Positions 46,744 to 56,087 of a stretch of 64,000 nucleotides of DNA are shown piece by piece; position 1 is the first letter of the stretch; each line of letters begins with the position of its first letter. Made by a program: the position numbers and the translations under genes. This DNA comes from an uncultured Planctomycetaceae bacterium (GTDB lineage Bacteria > Planctomycetota > Phycisphaerae > SM23-33): positions 25,304 through 89,303 of the forward strand of contig CAZSLS010000002.1 of the NCBI GenBank assembly GCA_964607575.1. Direction: 5' to 3'. Below the pieces are notes generated by a model that ran no database searches, was not told where the DNA came from, and saw only the letters and a list, made by a program, of their open reading frames with translations.

Positions 46744-47330
46744 TGGCCCCGGCACGCCCATTTGAGCTGGTCATCTTCGACATGGATGGAACGCTGATCG
46801 AGCAGATGCTCGACTTTGAGGGTATACGTAAGCACCTTGGGATCCGCCCGAACGAGGGCATACTCGAAGGAATCGCAAACATGCCGCCCGATCGGCGGAC
46901 CCAGGCCGAACACTGGCTCGTGCGAACCGAACACCTGATCGCCCAAAACGCTCGTCTCATGCCCGGAGCCATTGAAACTCTGGCGGCGATCCGCAACGCG
47001 AATATCCAAACCGCCCTGTTGACCAGAAACACGCGAGCATCGATGCAAACGGTCCTAGAGAAGTTCGACCTCCGGTTCGACCTGGCCTGGTCGCGAGAAG
47101 ACGGACCGATCAAGCCCGAGCCCGACAGCGTCCTGAAGGCGTGCGAGACGCTCGGCGTCGCCCCGGGACAAACCGCGTGCATAGGCGATTTTGAATACGA
47201 TATCGTCGCCGCCAACGCCGCCGGCGCCGTTAGCATCCTCCTGGTCCCGGACTCCAGACCCCCATTCGCCGATACCGCCGATCGCGTCATAATCAAACTG
47301 TCTGAACTACCCGCCCTGCTGGGAATCTGA
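46743..47330 (+). CDS. HAD-superfamily hydrolase (phosphatase-like, subfamily IA type)
   Basis: Motif I is VIFDMDGTLIE. …LLTRNT… and …CIGDFEYDIVAANAAGA… are motifs II-IV. The start overlaps the SecA-like stop (TAATG). Confidence 0.7.
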   Translation: MAPARPFELVIFDMDGTLIEQMLDFEGIRKHLGIRPNEGILEGIANMPPDRRTQAEHWLVRTEHLIAQNARLMPGAIETLAAIRNANIQTALLTRNTRASMQTVLEKFDLRFDLAWSREDGPIKPEPDSVLKACETLGVAPGQTACIGDFEYDIVAANAAGAVSILLVPDSRPPFADTADRVIIKLSELPALLGI

Positions 47331-47430
47331 GCAAACCAAAGGCGAACGCGGGGCGATGCCCCGCCGCTATTCAGGGTGATAGGTGAGAGTCGGTGTTGTG
47401 TAATCTGGCGGATCGGGTATTCTATGGGGT

Positions 47431-49005
47431 ATGAAATCCGCTTTCATATTTGCTGCCCTTGTCGCACTGCTTTCGTCGGCCCGCGCCGGGGAAAACGACT
47501 GGCCTCAATGGGGGCGAACCGACGACCGCAATATGGTCTCAGACCAGAAGAACCTCCCCGATCTCGGTAAGGGGAAAATCGCTTTCAAGAACGCTAAATG
47601 GGACATTCGCTGGACCGTCAAGCTCGGATCGCTGTGCTACGGGAACCCGACCGTCTCAGGCGGAAAAGTTTTCATCGGCACAAACGATCGGTTCTGGTCC
47701 GATCCTCGCGCCAAGCGAAACCGAGGCGGGCTGCTGCTGTGCATTGACGACGTCACGGGCAAAGTGCTGTGGCGCCTGCTCGTACCGCGATACAAGAAGA
47801 AGGTCTACGGCAGCGGATTCGACGACCTGAATGTCGGGGTCTGCTCGGCGGTAACCGTCGAGGGCGACAAGGCGTACGTTGTAAGCAACCGCGCCGAAGT
47901 ACTCTGCCTCGATGTCAACGGGCAGGCCAACGGTAATGACGGGCCGTATCGCGGCGAAGGTAAGTATATCGCCGGGCCCGCCAAGCCGCCGGTAAAACTC
48001 TACCGCGGCGACGGCGATATCATCTGGCGATTCGACATGATCGGCGGCCTGGAAAACGCACCGCACGATGCGACGAACTGCAACATCCTGATCCACGGAG
48101 ACCTGCTGTACGTCAACACGGGCAACGGCGTCCATCGCATGCCCGACGAGCCCATGCCCAAACCCGATGCGCCAACTCTGATCGTGCTGAACAAGAAGAC
48201 CGGCAAGCTGGTGGCCCAGGACGGATGCAGAATCGGTCACCGAACGTTCCACGGTAACTGGTCGTCGCCGTCGCTGGGCAAGGTCGGAGGCAAGGAGCAG
48301 ATCTTCTTCGGCGGCGGAGACGGCGTCCTCTACGCATTTGCGCCCCCGAAGGTGAATCCCAAAGCCGACAAGCCGGTGGTCTTTAAATCCGTCTGGAAGT
48401 ACGACTGCAATCCCAAGGGCTACAAAGTCGACGCCGACGGTGAGGAACTCGACTATTGGGACGGTGACGCATCCCGCGCCGAGGTGACCAAGAGCTACAA
48501 GGGGCAGAGCGAAATAATCGCCACGCCCGTCTTCTACAAGAACCGCGTTTACGTGGCCATCGGACGTGATCCCGAACACGGAATCGCACGGGGAATGCTC
48601 CACTGCATCGACGCGACGAAAACCGGCGACGTAACCAAGGCCGCTCGCATCTGGTCGTACGACAAGATAGCACGCACAATGTCGACGGTCGCCATCGCCG
48701 ACGGGCTGCTCTACATCTCCGACTACGCGGGGTTAGTCCACTGTCTCGACGCCGAAACGGGCAAGGTCTGCTGGGTCCACAACACCGGCGAGCGGATATG
48801 GAGTTCGACCCTGGTCGCCGACGGGAAGGTGTACGTAGGCACGGAGAAGAAGCACCTCTTCATATTCAAGGCCGGCCGCAAAAAGCAGCTCGTCGCGACG
48901 ATCAGGATGCCATACAAAATCTCGACCACGCCGATAGTGGCCAATGGATGTATCTACGTTCCCACCGCCCGGTGCCTCTACGCGGTCGGCAAGCTGAAGA
49001 AGTAA
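47431..49005 (+). CDS. Secreted PQQ-like (BamB-like) beta-propeller repeat protein
   Basis: Signal MKSAFIFAALVALLSSARAG is present. …DWPQWGRTDDRNM…, …TGKVLWRL…, …TGKLVAQD… and …TGKVCWVH… blades follow. Confidence 0.7.
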   Translation: MKSAFIFAALVALLSSARAGENDWPQWGRTDDRNMVSDQKNLPDLGKGKIAFKNAKWDIRWTVKLGSLCYGNPTVSGGKVFIGTNDRFWSDPRAKRNRGGLLLCIDDVTGKVLWRLLVPRYKKKVYGSGFDDLNVGVCSAVTVEGDKAYVVSNRAEVLCLDVNGQANGNDGPYRGEGKYIAGPAKPPVKLYRGDGDIIWRFDMIGGLENAPHDATNCNILIHGDLLYVNTGNGVHRMPDEPMPKPDAPTLIVLNKKTGKLVAQDGCRIGHRTFHGNWSSPSLGKVGGKEQIFFGGGDGVLYAFAPPKVNPKADKPVVFKSVWKYDCNPKGYKVDADGEELDYWDGDASRAEVTKSYKGQSEIIATPVFYKNRVYVAIGRDPEHGIARGMLHCIDATKTGDVTKAARIWSYDKIARTMSTVAIADGLLYISDYAGLVHCLDAETGKVCWVHNTGERIWSSTLVADGKVYVGTEKKHLFIFKAGRKKQLVATIRMPYKISTTPIVANGCIYVPTARCLYAVGKLKK

Positions 49006-49023
49006 CGCCAAAGGAGCAAGCTG

Positions 49024-50811
49024 ATGCGGCTGACTATTGCAACGATCGTTCTGGGGATCACTCTGAGCGCTTGCAGCGCCGCGGACGTCGATCCGTCAAC
49101 CGTGCTGTCAACGCTCGACAAATCTCACCCGCGCCTGATGCTCAAGGACGCCGACTTGCAGAAGCTCAAGATCCGCTGCAAGTCGGATCCGATCCTGCAA
49201 AAGTGCGTCGCCGACGTTATCAAATACGCCGACGCATGCCTGAGAAAACGCCCGCTGGTCTACAAGAAGATCGGCCCGCGCCTGCTGAACGTCTCGCGCG
49301 ATTGCCTGAGGCGAACGTACGCGTTGGCGCTAACGTGGCGGTGGACCGGCGAGAAGAAGTACGCCGACCAGGCGATAAAGAACATCGTAACTGTATGCGC
49401 ATTCAAGGACTGGAACCCGTCGCACTTCCTCGACACCGCCGAAATGTCGCACGCTGTGGGCATCGGGTACGATTGGCTTTATTCACACCTCGACGAAGCG
49501 ACTCGCAAGAAGATCCGCGAGGGCTTGATAAAGAACGGACTGGCCGTCGGAGTCGCCGGTTACGAGAAGAAACACTGGTGGTCCAGGTCCTCGCACAACT
49601 GGAACCAGGTCTGCAACGGCGGCCTGGTGACCGGCGCGTTGGCGATCGCGGAGACCGATCCGAAGTACGCCCGGGCGATAATCCCAGCCGCCGTCAAGTC
49701 ACTCCCGCGTGCGATCAAGACGTACGGGCCGGACGGAGGATGGTCCGAGGGTCCGGCGTATTGGCATTACGCGACGCGATACACCGCATACGGGCTGGCG
49801 GCGATGGACTCGGCGCTGGGCACGGACTTCGGCCTGTCGAAGATCTCCGGGCTGTCCGAGGCCGGACTGTTTCCGGTCTACACCACCGGGCCGACGGGGA
49901 TGTACGTCAACTTCGCCGACTCCGGTACGCGGGCGCGCCGAGGGCCCATGGGATGCATGTTTTACCTGGCCCGCAAGTTCAAGCGCCCTTTCATCTCCGA
50001 TGCCGAGCACGCCATGATCGCCAAACGCTCAGCGACGGCGGAACACGTGATGTGGTACGTTCCGCCCTCGGGCAAGAAGGAGACCCGCGACCTCGACCGC
50101 CTGTTCCGCGGACCGGTTCCCGTCGCACTATTCCGCAGCTCCTGGGGAGACCCGAACGAACTGTTCGTCAGCATCAAGGCCGGATACAACCAGGTGAACC
50201 ACGGACACCTCGATCTGGGCGCCTTCGAACTCGACGCGCTCGGCGTGAGATGGGCTCGCGACCTGGGCTCGGACAACTACAATCTGCGCGGCTACTGGGA
50301 CAGCCGCCGCGACACCAGCAGACGATGGAAATACTATCGCCTGAACTCGCTGAGTCACAGCGTACCGCTCATAAACGGAGCCAATCAATCCGCGGCGGGA
50401 ACGTCGTCGATCCTGAAGTTCGAACCGGGCAGGGTCGTAATCGACTTCACCAGCGCCTACAAGAAGGCGGCATCCAAAGCGACTCGCGAGTTGAAGATTA
50501 CGGACAATCGCAAGAGTGTGATCGTCCGGGACGACTTCGAACTGATCGGCGACAAGGGCGTCGAGATCACCTGGGCGATGACAACCGACGCGAAGATCAC
50601 CGTCAAGAGCAAGACCATCGCGGAACTCACCCTCGACGGTAAGAAACTGTCAGCCGAATTACTCTCACCGTCCGGCGCGGAGTTCTCCGTCGAATCGGCA
50701 GAGCAGAAACCGCCCCAAAAGGCCAACAAAGGCGTATCGCGCCTACTGGCGAAAGTAAAGAACGCCAAGGGCAAGGTTCGGATATCAATCCGCCTGGCGC
50801 CGAAATGGTAG
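49024..50811 (+). CDS. Heparinase II/III-like (polysaccharide-lyase-like) lipoprotein
   Basis: Lipobox …LGITLSACS. …HPRLMLKDADLQKLK…, …WNQVCNGGLVTGALAIAE…, …GGWSEGPAYWHYATRY… and …NHGHLDLGAFELDALGVRWARDLG… are typical of the alginate-lyase/heparinase II/III fold. Confidence 0.6.
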   Translation: MRLTIATIVLGITLSACSAADVDPSTVLSTLDKSHPRLMLKDADLQKLKIRCKSDPILQKCVADVIKYADACLRKRPLVYKKIGPRLLNVSRDCLRRTYALALTWRWTGEKKYADQAIKNIVTVCAFKDWNPSHFLDTAEMSHAVGIGYDWLYSHLDEATRKKIREGLIKNGLAVGVAGYEKKHWWSRSSHNWNQVCNGGLVTGALAIAETDPKYARAIIPAAVKSLPRAIKTYGPDGGWSEGPAYWHYATRYTAYGLAAMDSALGTDFGLSKISGLSEAGLFPVYTTGPTGMYVNFADSGTRARRGPMGCMFYLARKFKRPFISDAEHAMIAKRSATAEHVMWYVPPSGKKETRDLDRLFRGPVPVALFRSSWGDPNELFVSIKAGYNQVNHGHLDLGAFELDALGVRWARDLGSDNYNLRGYWDSRRDTSRRWKYYRLNSLSHSVPLINGANQSAAGTSSILKFEPGRVVIDFTSAYKKAASKATRELKITDNRKSVIVRDDFELIGDKGVEITWAMTTDAKITVKSKTIAELTLDGKKLSAELLSPSGAEFSVESAEQKPPQKANKGVSRLLAKVKNAKGKVRISIRLAPKW

Positions 50812-50815
50812 ACCG

Positions 50816-51244
50816 ATGATCCGCATAACGCCCGATATCTCGATCGAGGCGAACCTGATCACCATGGACTTCGTCCGCGCCTCGGGTCCGGGCGGGCAGA
50901 ACGTTAACAAGGTCGCCACCGCCGTCCAACTCCGCTTCGACGCCGCCAATTGCGCCGCCCTGACCGCCGCGGTCCGCACACGCCTGAAAAAACTCGCCGG
51001 ACGAAGAATGACCGCCGCCGGTATCCTCATAATAGACGCCCGCCGCCACGCCAACCAGGAACGCAACCGCACCGACGCGATGGCGAGACTAACCGAACTC
51101 ATCGCCAAAGCCGCCGTCAGACCCAAACCCCGCCGCAAAACCAGACCAACGCTGGCCTCCAAGAAACGCCGCCTCGAATCCAAACGTCAAAGAGGCGAAA
51201 CAAAAAAACTCCGCCGCTCCATCCGCCGAGACGAACAGTCCTGA
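50816..51244 (+). CDS. arfB: Alternative ribosome-rescue factor B (peptidyl-tRNA hydrolase ArfB/YaeJ)
   Basis: This is a 142-aa protein with …RASGPGGQNVNKVATAV… (GGQ motif) and a Lys/Arg-rich C-terminal tail. Confidence 0.85.
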   Translation: MIRITPDISIEANLITMDFVRASGPGGQNVNKVATAVQLRFDAANCAALTAAVRTRLKKLAGRRMTAAGILIIDARRHANQERNRTDAMARLTELIAKAAVRPKPRRKTRPTLASKKRRLESKRQRGETKKLRRSIRRDEQS

Positions 51245-51497
51245 CGGGCGTGGTGTTGGTGGAATTCTAAAATGCCTCCGATTTACACCACCTTCCAAGT
51301 CGCCGTCTGTTGCGACTTATAGCCTAATTCCTGAAATAACTCGCCGTATATTGCGAATAACGCCAACCGGTATCACGGGCATTGTCGCTTGTGTCGGCAA
51401 GTGTCCGATGTTCCTCTCGCAAAGAGCAGACCCTCAAAATCCCGTTTATTATGCAGCGGAATTACATTTTACCCGATATTACTTCTATATTCGTCCG

Positions 51498-51545
51498 ATT
51501 TGCGTGTATAATGCATTATGATTGCATAATACACGGAGTCTTGCC
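51498..51545 (+). promoter_or_regulatory. TATAAT box embedded in a near-palindrome (GTGTATAATGCA…TGCATAATACAC) immediately upstream of the AAA-ATPase gene
   Basis: TATAAT sits at 51507-51512. There are 12-bp imperfect inverted arms (one mismatch) flanking a 7-bp core. The surrounding 300 bp is conspicuously AT-rich. Confidence 0.25.
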
Positions 51546-52757
51546 ATGTACGTCAAACGAACTATTACGAATATCCTGCGTAAGGCCAGCGCCCAGTTCC
51601 CGGTTTTGCTGATTACCGGGCCCAGGCAGGTGGGGAAGACTACTTGTCTCCGCCATTCGGCCGATCCGAACCGGACATACGTGACACTCGACGATCCGCA
51701 GGCGCGGATGCTGGCGAGGGAGGACCCAGGGCTGTTCCTGCAGCGGTTCGCTGCGCCTGTGTTGATCGACGAGATTCAATACGCACCGCAGCTGCTGCCG
51801 CTAATCAAGATCGCCGTCGATTCTCGTGCCAATAAGGGCGATTACTGGCTGACCGGATCGCAGCAGTTTCACCTGATGGCAAATGTGTCGGAATCACTGG
51901 CCGGGCGGGTGTGTATTCTGCAACTGCTTGGATTCTCTACAAACGAGCTGGCAGACAAGGCCGATGGCGCCACCGCCTTCTCGCCGCAAACCTTCAACCC
52001 CGCCGGCGACGAGCCTCTGGGGCTGATGGCGCTTTACGAGCGGATATGGCGAGGCGCTTTTCCCGCCATCGCAATCGACGACACAATAGACCGCGACCTG
52101 TTTTACGGTTCGTACGTGCAGACCTACCTGCAACGGGATGTCAAGTCACTGATGAATGTTGGTGATGAGACAGCGTTCATGAAATTCCTGCGGGCTGCGG
52201 CCGCTCGGACAGGGCAGATGCTCAACATGGCCGACATCGCCCGCGATGTGGATATCTCGCCGAACACCGCAAAGAAATGGCTGAGCGTTCTGGAAGCCTC
52301 CGGGATCATTTTCCTGCTCGAACCGTATCACAACAATCTTACCAAGCGGTTAGTCAAAGCCCCGAAGCTCTATTTCCTCGATACGGGCCTGGCGGCGTAC
52401 CTGACGCGATGGTCGAGCCCGCAAACCATCGAGGCCGGCGCGATGAGCGGAGCGTTCTTTGAAACGTGGACCGTCGCCGAAATAATCAAGAGCTACCGGC
52501 ACGCGGGCAGGTCAGCTCCGATCTACTACTACCGCGATGCTGATCAAAAGGAGATCGACCTGCTTATCGTCCAGGACGGAACCATCTATCCGGTAGAGAT
52601 CAAGAAAGCCACCGCCCCGACAAAAAGGGATGTGCGTCATTTTTCGGTATTGAAGAAGCTCAAAACGCCCATCGGCCCTGGCGCGGTATTATGCATGAGT
52701 CACTCGCAGATACCGATTACCGAAACAGTCCAGGCGTGGCCCGCGAGCCAAATCTAA
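51546..52757 (+). CDS. AAA-family ATP-binding protein with DUF4143-type C-terminal domain
   Basis: …VLLITGPRQVGKTT… is Walker A and …PVLIDEIQYAP… is Walker B. The C-terminal …IDLLIVQDGTIYPVEIKKAT… is the DUF4143 restriction-endonuclease-like fold. The start is set at MYVKRT (GGAG 7 nt upstream), not the ORF-track ATG. Confidence 0.8.
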   Translation: MYVKRTITNILRKASAQFPVLLITGPRQVGKTTCLRHSADPNRTYVTLDDPQARMLAREDPGLFLQRFAAPVLIDEIQYAPQLLPLIKIAVDSRANKGDYWLTGSQQFHLMANVSESLAGRVCILQLLGFSTNELADKADGATAFSPQTFNPAGDEPLGLMALYERIWRGAFPAIAIDDTIDRDLFYGSYVQTYLQRDVKSLMNVGDETAFMKFLRAAAARTGQMLNMADIARDVDISPNTAKKWLSVLEASGIIFLLEPYHNNLTKRLVKAPKLYFLDTGLAAYLTRWSSPQTIEAGAMSGAFFETWTVAEIIKSYRHAGRSAPIYYYRDADQKEIDLLIVQDGTIYPVEIKKATAPTKRDVRHFSVLKKLKTPIGPGAVLCMSHSQIPITETVQAWPASQI

Positions 52758-52868
52758 CCACTTCAGTACAAACGAAGATTTGCGCATTTGCGCGCCAGGA
52801 TGAACTTTCATAGCGGTTGTGCGTCCAATATAATGTTCGCGAAACCTCAACCACCGGGAGATGCTGCT

Positions 52869-55800
52869 ATGCACTGTGCAATCAGGCGCGGGGTGTTCGT
52901 CGGGATCGTTCTTTTCCTTGCCGCGGCCGCTGGCGCACAGAATGTTGTCCCGGTCATGCTCGTTCGGCCCAAGGCCGGTAAACCGCTGGAGCCTATTACT
53001 TTAGCGGCCGTTGACACGAAGGTTCGGATCATCGGGCGGGTGGCTGAGACTTCGACGACCATGACGTTCCACAACCCGCACAACCGCGTGCTCGAAGGCG
53101 AACTGTACTTCCCCCTACCGCAAGGCGCGACCGTCAGCGGATATGCACTCGACATCAAGGGCAAGATGATCGACGGAGTGGCGATCGAGAAAAGTCGCGG
53201 GCGCGAGGTTTTTGAAAGAATAGTCCGCCGGGGAATCGACCCGGGCCTGGTCGAGTGGGCCAAGGGCAACAACTTCAAGACACGAGTGTTCCCCATACCG
53301 TCAGGGGGCAGCAGGACCATCCGCGTTTCTTACGTCAGCGAGATTACCGGCCCGTCCGACAAGCAAACTTACCACCTCCCGCTGGGCTACAAACGCAAGG
53401 TCGCCAAATTCGCCCTTCGCGTCGAAGTGATCAGGGCGATCAACGCGCCGCAAGTAACCTCCGGCGCGCCGGCGAACTTCACGTTCTGCAAGTCGCGCGA
53501 CGGTTTCGTCGCCGAAACACGGTTGACCAACGCGACGCTGACCAAAGACCTGGTGATCGCCCTGCCCGAGACGACCTCCGCCAACGTCACAATCGAAAAG
53601 GCGGATGACGGAAAGTACTACTTCGCGATCAACGACATGGTGCCCGTACCGGAGCGCAAGAGCAGACCACCGACGCCCAAGCGGGTGTGCGTGTTGTGGG
53701 ATGCATCCGCATCGCGGGCAAACGCCGACCACAAACGCGAGATAGCATTGCTGAAGAAATGCCTCAACAGCATGCTGCCGGCCAGCACCAGATCACAAGC
53801 GAAAGGATTCGCGGTGAATCTGATAATCTTCCGCAACAAATGCGCTGAACCCAAGGCGTTCAAGTGGGGCAAAAGCAAGAAATGGATACGGAAGGGGGAC
53901 AAATGGGTGGACCACACTCCGCTACTCAACGCCATCAGAGAAATCCAATACGACGGCGGGACGCAGATGGGCACCATCACGCCCTGGCCCGATGCGAAAA
54001 CGCCGGACATGTACCTGCTGTTCACTGACGGGGTATCGAATTTCGGTCGGGAGACCCCCGGCGCGATGGGCGCCCCGGTCTATGCATTCTCAGGCGCCGC
54101 AACCACCAACCACGCGATGCTGACCGCACTGACGATGAAAACCGGCGGGCGATACTTCAACCTCAAGCGCACCACTGACGATCAGGTTGTCTCATCGATC
54201 GGCAGGAGCGTTTTTTCGTTCCTGTCGGCCGGTGCGGTCGAAGCACAGGCCGGCCAGTTGTATCCGTCACTGCCGCAACCCGTCCGCGAGCGCACACCTT
54301 TTACGCTGGTCGGCAGGCTCAACGCAGATGCGGCCACCATCACGCTGAACTACGGGTTCGCGGGCAAGGCGTCGGTGTCCAATCCGCTGAAGCTCGCGGT
54401 CCGCGACGCGGTAGCGGGCAATCTGCTGCGGAAGCTGTGGGCCCAGAAGAAACTCGCGGACCTGATGGTATTCCAGGAGAACAACGAGAAGAAGATTCTC
54501 GCACTCGGTAAGAAGTATGGGCTGGTCACGCCCTACACGTCGCTGATTGTCCTGGACTCACTCGCCCAGTATATCGAGCACCGCATCGCCCCACCGCGGT
54601 CCCTTCCGAAAATGCGAAGCGAGTACATGAAGGCCATCGACACCGTCGAAGCCCAGGCCAAAAAGGTCGAGCAGGACAAGCTGGCGACCGTTCGGAAGAT
54701 GTGGAAGAAACGCGTCGCATGGTGGACCAAAGAGTTCAAGTACCCCAAAAACTTCAAGTACGCCCCAAAGAAGGCAACCGCCCAGTCGGGTCAGAACGAG
54801 GGCGCTGGTCTCGACGCCGCCCCCGCACGCGGCCCAATGGTTGAGGCGACGATTCTCTCTGCACGTCTCGGCGCAGGAAACAACTTGGGAGTGAACTTTG
54901 AGGCAGGCCGAAGCCAAACGGGGGAGGGCAGAAGTCAACGTCGCGGCCGGCCCGGGATTGTCATCAAACCGTGGGATCCAAAGACGCCATACCTGGCCCG
55001 ATTGAAGGCCGCAAAACCGTCAGAGGCATTCGCTGTCTACATGGCCAACCGCAGAAAGTACGGCGCCTCGCCGGCATTCTTCCTGGACTGTGCGGACTTC
55101 TTCTACAAGAAACACAATCTCGACCTGTCGCTGCAGATTCTCTCAAACATCGCCGAGATGGAGTTGGAGAACCCGGCGTTGCTGCGCATCCTGGGGCACA
55201 AACTCGTCCAGCAGCGGCGCTTCGACCTGGCCGTCCTGGTCTTCGAGCAGGTGCTCAAGCTCCGCCCCGAAGAGCCCCAGTCATATCGCGATCTGGCGTT
55301 GGCGCTGGAACGCCGGGCATTCGAACTTTCCTGCACGCAACTCCTCAGCCGCCTCAGTATCTCCGACAAGGTAATCCGCCTTACCCCGGACCAGGAAGCA
55401 GCCCTCAAAGCCGCAGCCGCCAAGGGCAATGCCCGGACTGCGCCGCTCCCACTTCCCAAACCACCAGCCAAGAAACCCCGCAACGTCAAGCACATGAACG
55501 TTAAGGATGCATGGGCAATCTACGCCAAAATCGACGCCGACAACATTCGCGCAATCGAGCTGCTCTACAAGGTCGTTACCGGTAAGTGGGACGGGCGGTT
55601 CGCGGAAATCGAAGCGATCGCCCTGACCGAGATGAACCGCATACTGAAGCGAGTAAAGCCCGCGCAGATCAAGCACATCAAGATCGACAAGGCCCTGCAA
55701 GACCTCCTGGACGTCGATGTCAGGATCGTAATGACGTGGGACGCCGACAACACCGATATCGACCTGCACGTTGTCGAGCCTTCCGGCGAGGAAACCTTCT

Positions 55801-56075
55801 ACGGGCATAATTTGAGCACGATCGGCGGGACCGTCAGCAGGGACCTGACACGCGGCTATGGGCCCGAGGAGTATATGGTCCACAAAGCGATGCACGGCGT
55901 CTACACGATCAAGGCCAAGTATTACGGTAGCAGTTCGGTGAAGATCGCCGGCGCCGTCACCGTCCAGGTCGACATATACGCAAACTTCGGACGCGCAAAC
56001 GAAGACCGCAAGTCGATCACCGTCCAATTGAAGGGCGCAAAAGAAATGATCACCATCGGCCAGATCGAATTCTGA
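52869..56075 (+). CDS. Secreted VIT-domain + von Willebrand factor A (vWA) protein with C-terminal DUF2135/YfaP-like domain
   Basis: The N-terminal VIT is …VRIIGRVAETSTTMTFHNPHNRVLEGELYFPLPQGATVSGYALDIKGKMIDG…DPGLVEW…FKTRVFPIPSGGSRTIRVSY…. The vWA is …VCVLWDASASR…. The C-terminus …MTWDADNTDIDLHVVEPSGEETFY…DLTRGYGPEEY…GVYTIKAKYYGS is YfaP-type. Confidence 0.75.
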   Translation: MHCAIRRGVFVGIVLFLAAAAGAQNVVPVMLVRPKAGKPLEPITLAAVDTKVRIIGRVAETSTTMTFHNPHNRVLEGELYFPLPQGATVSGYALDIKGKMIDGVAIEKSRGREVFERIVRRGIDPGLVEWAKGNNFKTRVFPIPSGGSRTIRVSYVSEITGPSDKQTYHLPLGYKRKVAKFALRVEVIRAINAPQVTSGAPANFTFCKSRDGFVAETRLTNATLTKDLVIALPETTSANVTIEKADDGKYYFAINDMVPVPERKSRPPTPKRVCVLWDASASRANADHKREIALLKKCLNSMLPASTRSQAKGFAVNLIIFRNKCAEPKAFKWGKSKKWIRKGDKWVDHTPLLNAIREIQYDGGTQMGTITPWPDAKTPDMYLLFTDGVSNFGRETPGAMGAPVYAFSGAATTNHAMLTALTMKTGGRYFNLKRTTDDQVVSSIGRSVFSFLSAGAVEAQAGQLYPSLPQPVRERTPFTLVGRLNADAATITLNYGFAGKASVSNPLKLAVRDAVAGNLLRKLWAQKKLADLMVFQENNEKKILALGKKYGLVTPYTSLIVLDSLAQYIEHRIAPPRSLPKMRSEYMKAIDTVEAQAKKVEQDKLATVRKMWKKRVAWWTKEFKYPKNFKYAPKKATAQSGQNEGAGLDAAPARGPMVEATILSARLGAGNNLGVNFEAGRSQTGEGRSQRRGRPGIVIKPWDPKTPYLARLKAAKPSEAFAVYMANRRKYGASPAFFLDCADFFYKKHNLDLSLQILSNIAEMELENPALLRILGHKLVQQRRFDLAVLVFEQVLKLRPEEPQSYRDLALALERRAFELSCTQLLSRLSISDKVIRLTPDQEAALKAAAAKGNARTAPLPLPKPPAKKPRNVKHMNVKDAWAIYAKIDADNIRAIELLYKVVTGKWDGRFAEIEAIALTEMNRILKRVKPAQIKHIKIDKALQDLLDVDVRIVMTWDADNTDIDLHVVEPSGEETFYGHNLSTIGGTVSRDLTRGYGPEEYMVHKAMHGVYTIKAKYYGSSSVKIAGAVTVQVDIYANFGRANEDRKSITVQLKGAKEMITIGQIEF

Positions 56076-56087
56076 CCATGTGACAAA

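Noticed and set aside
56076-56087. Short GTGAC/GTCAC inverted repeat between the convergent VIT-vWA and glmS genes as a bidirectional terminator
   Set aside because: It is only 5 bp with no U-tract, and the 12-nt gap is too short to hold a real hairpin terminator.
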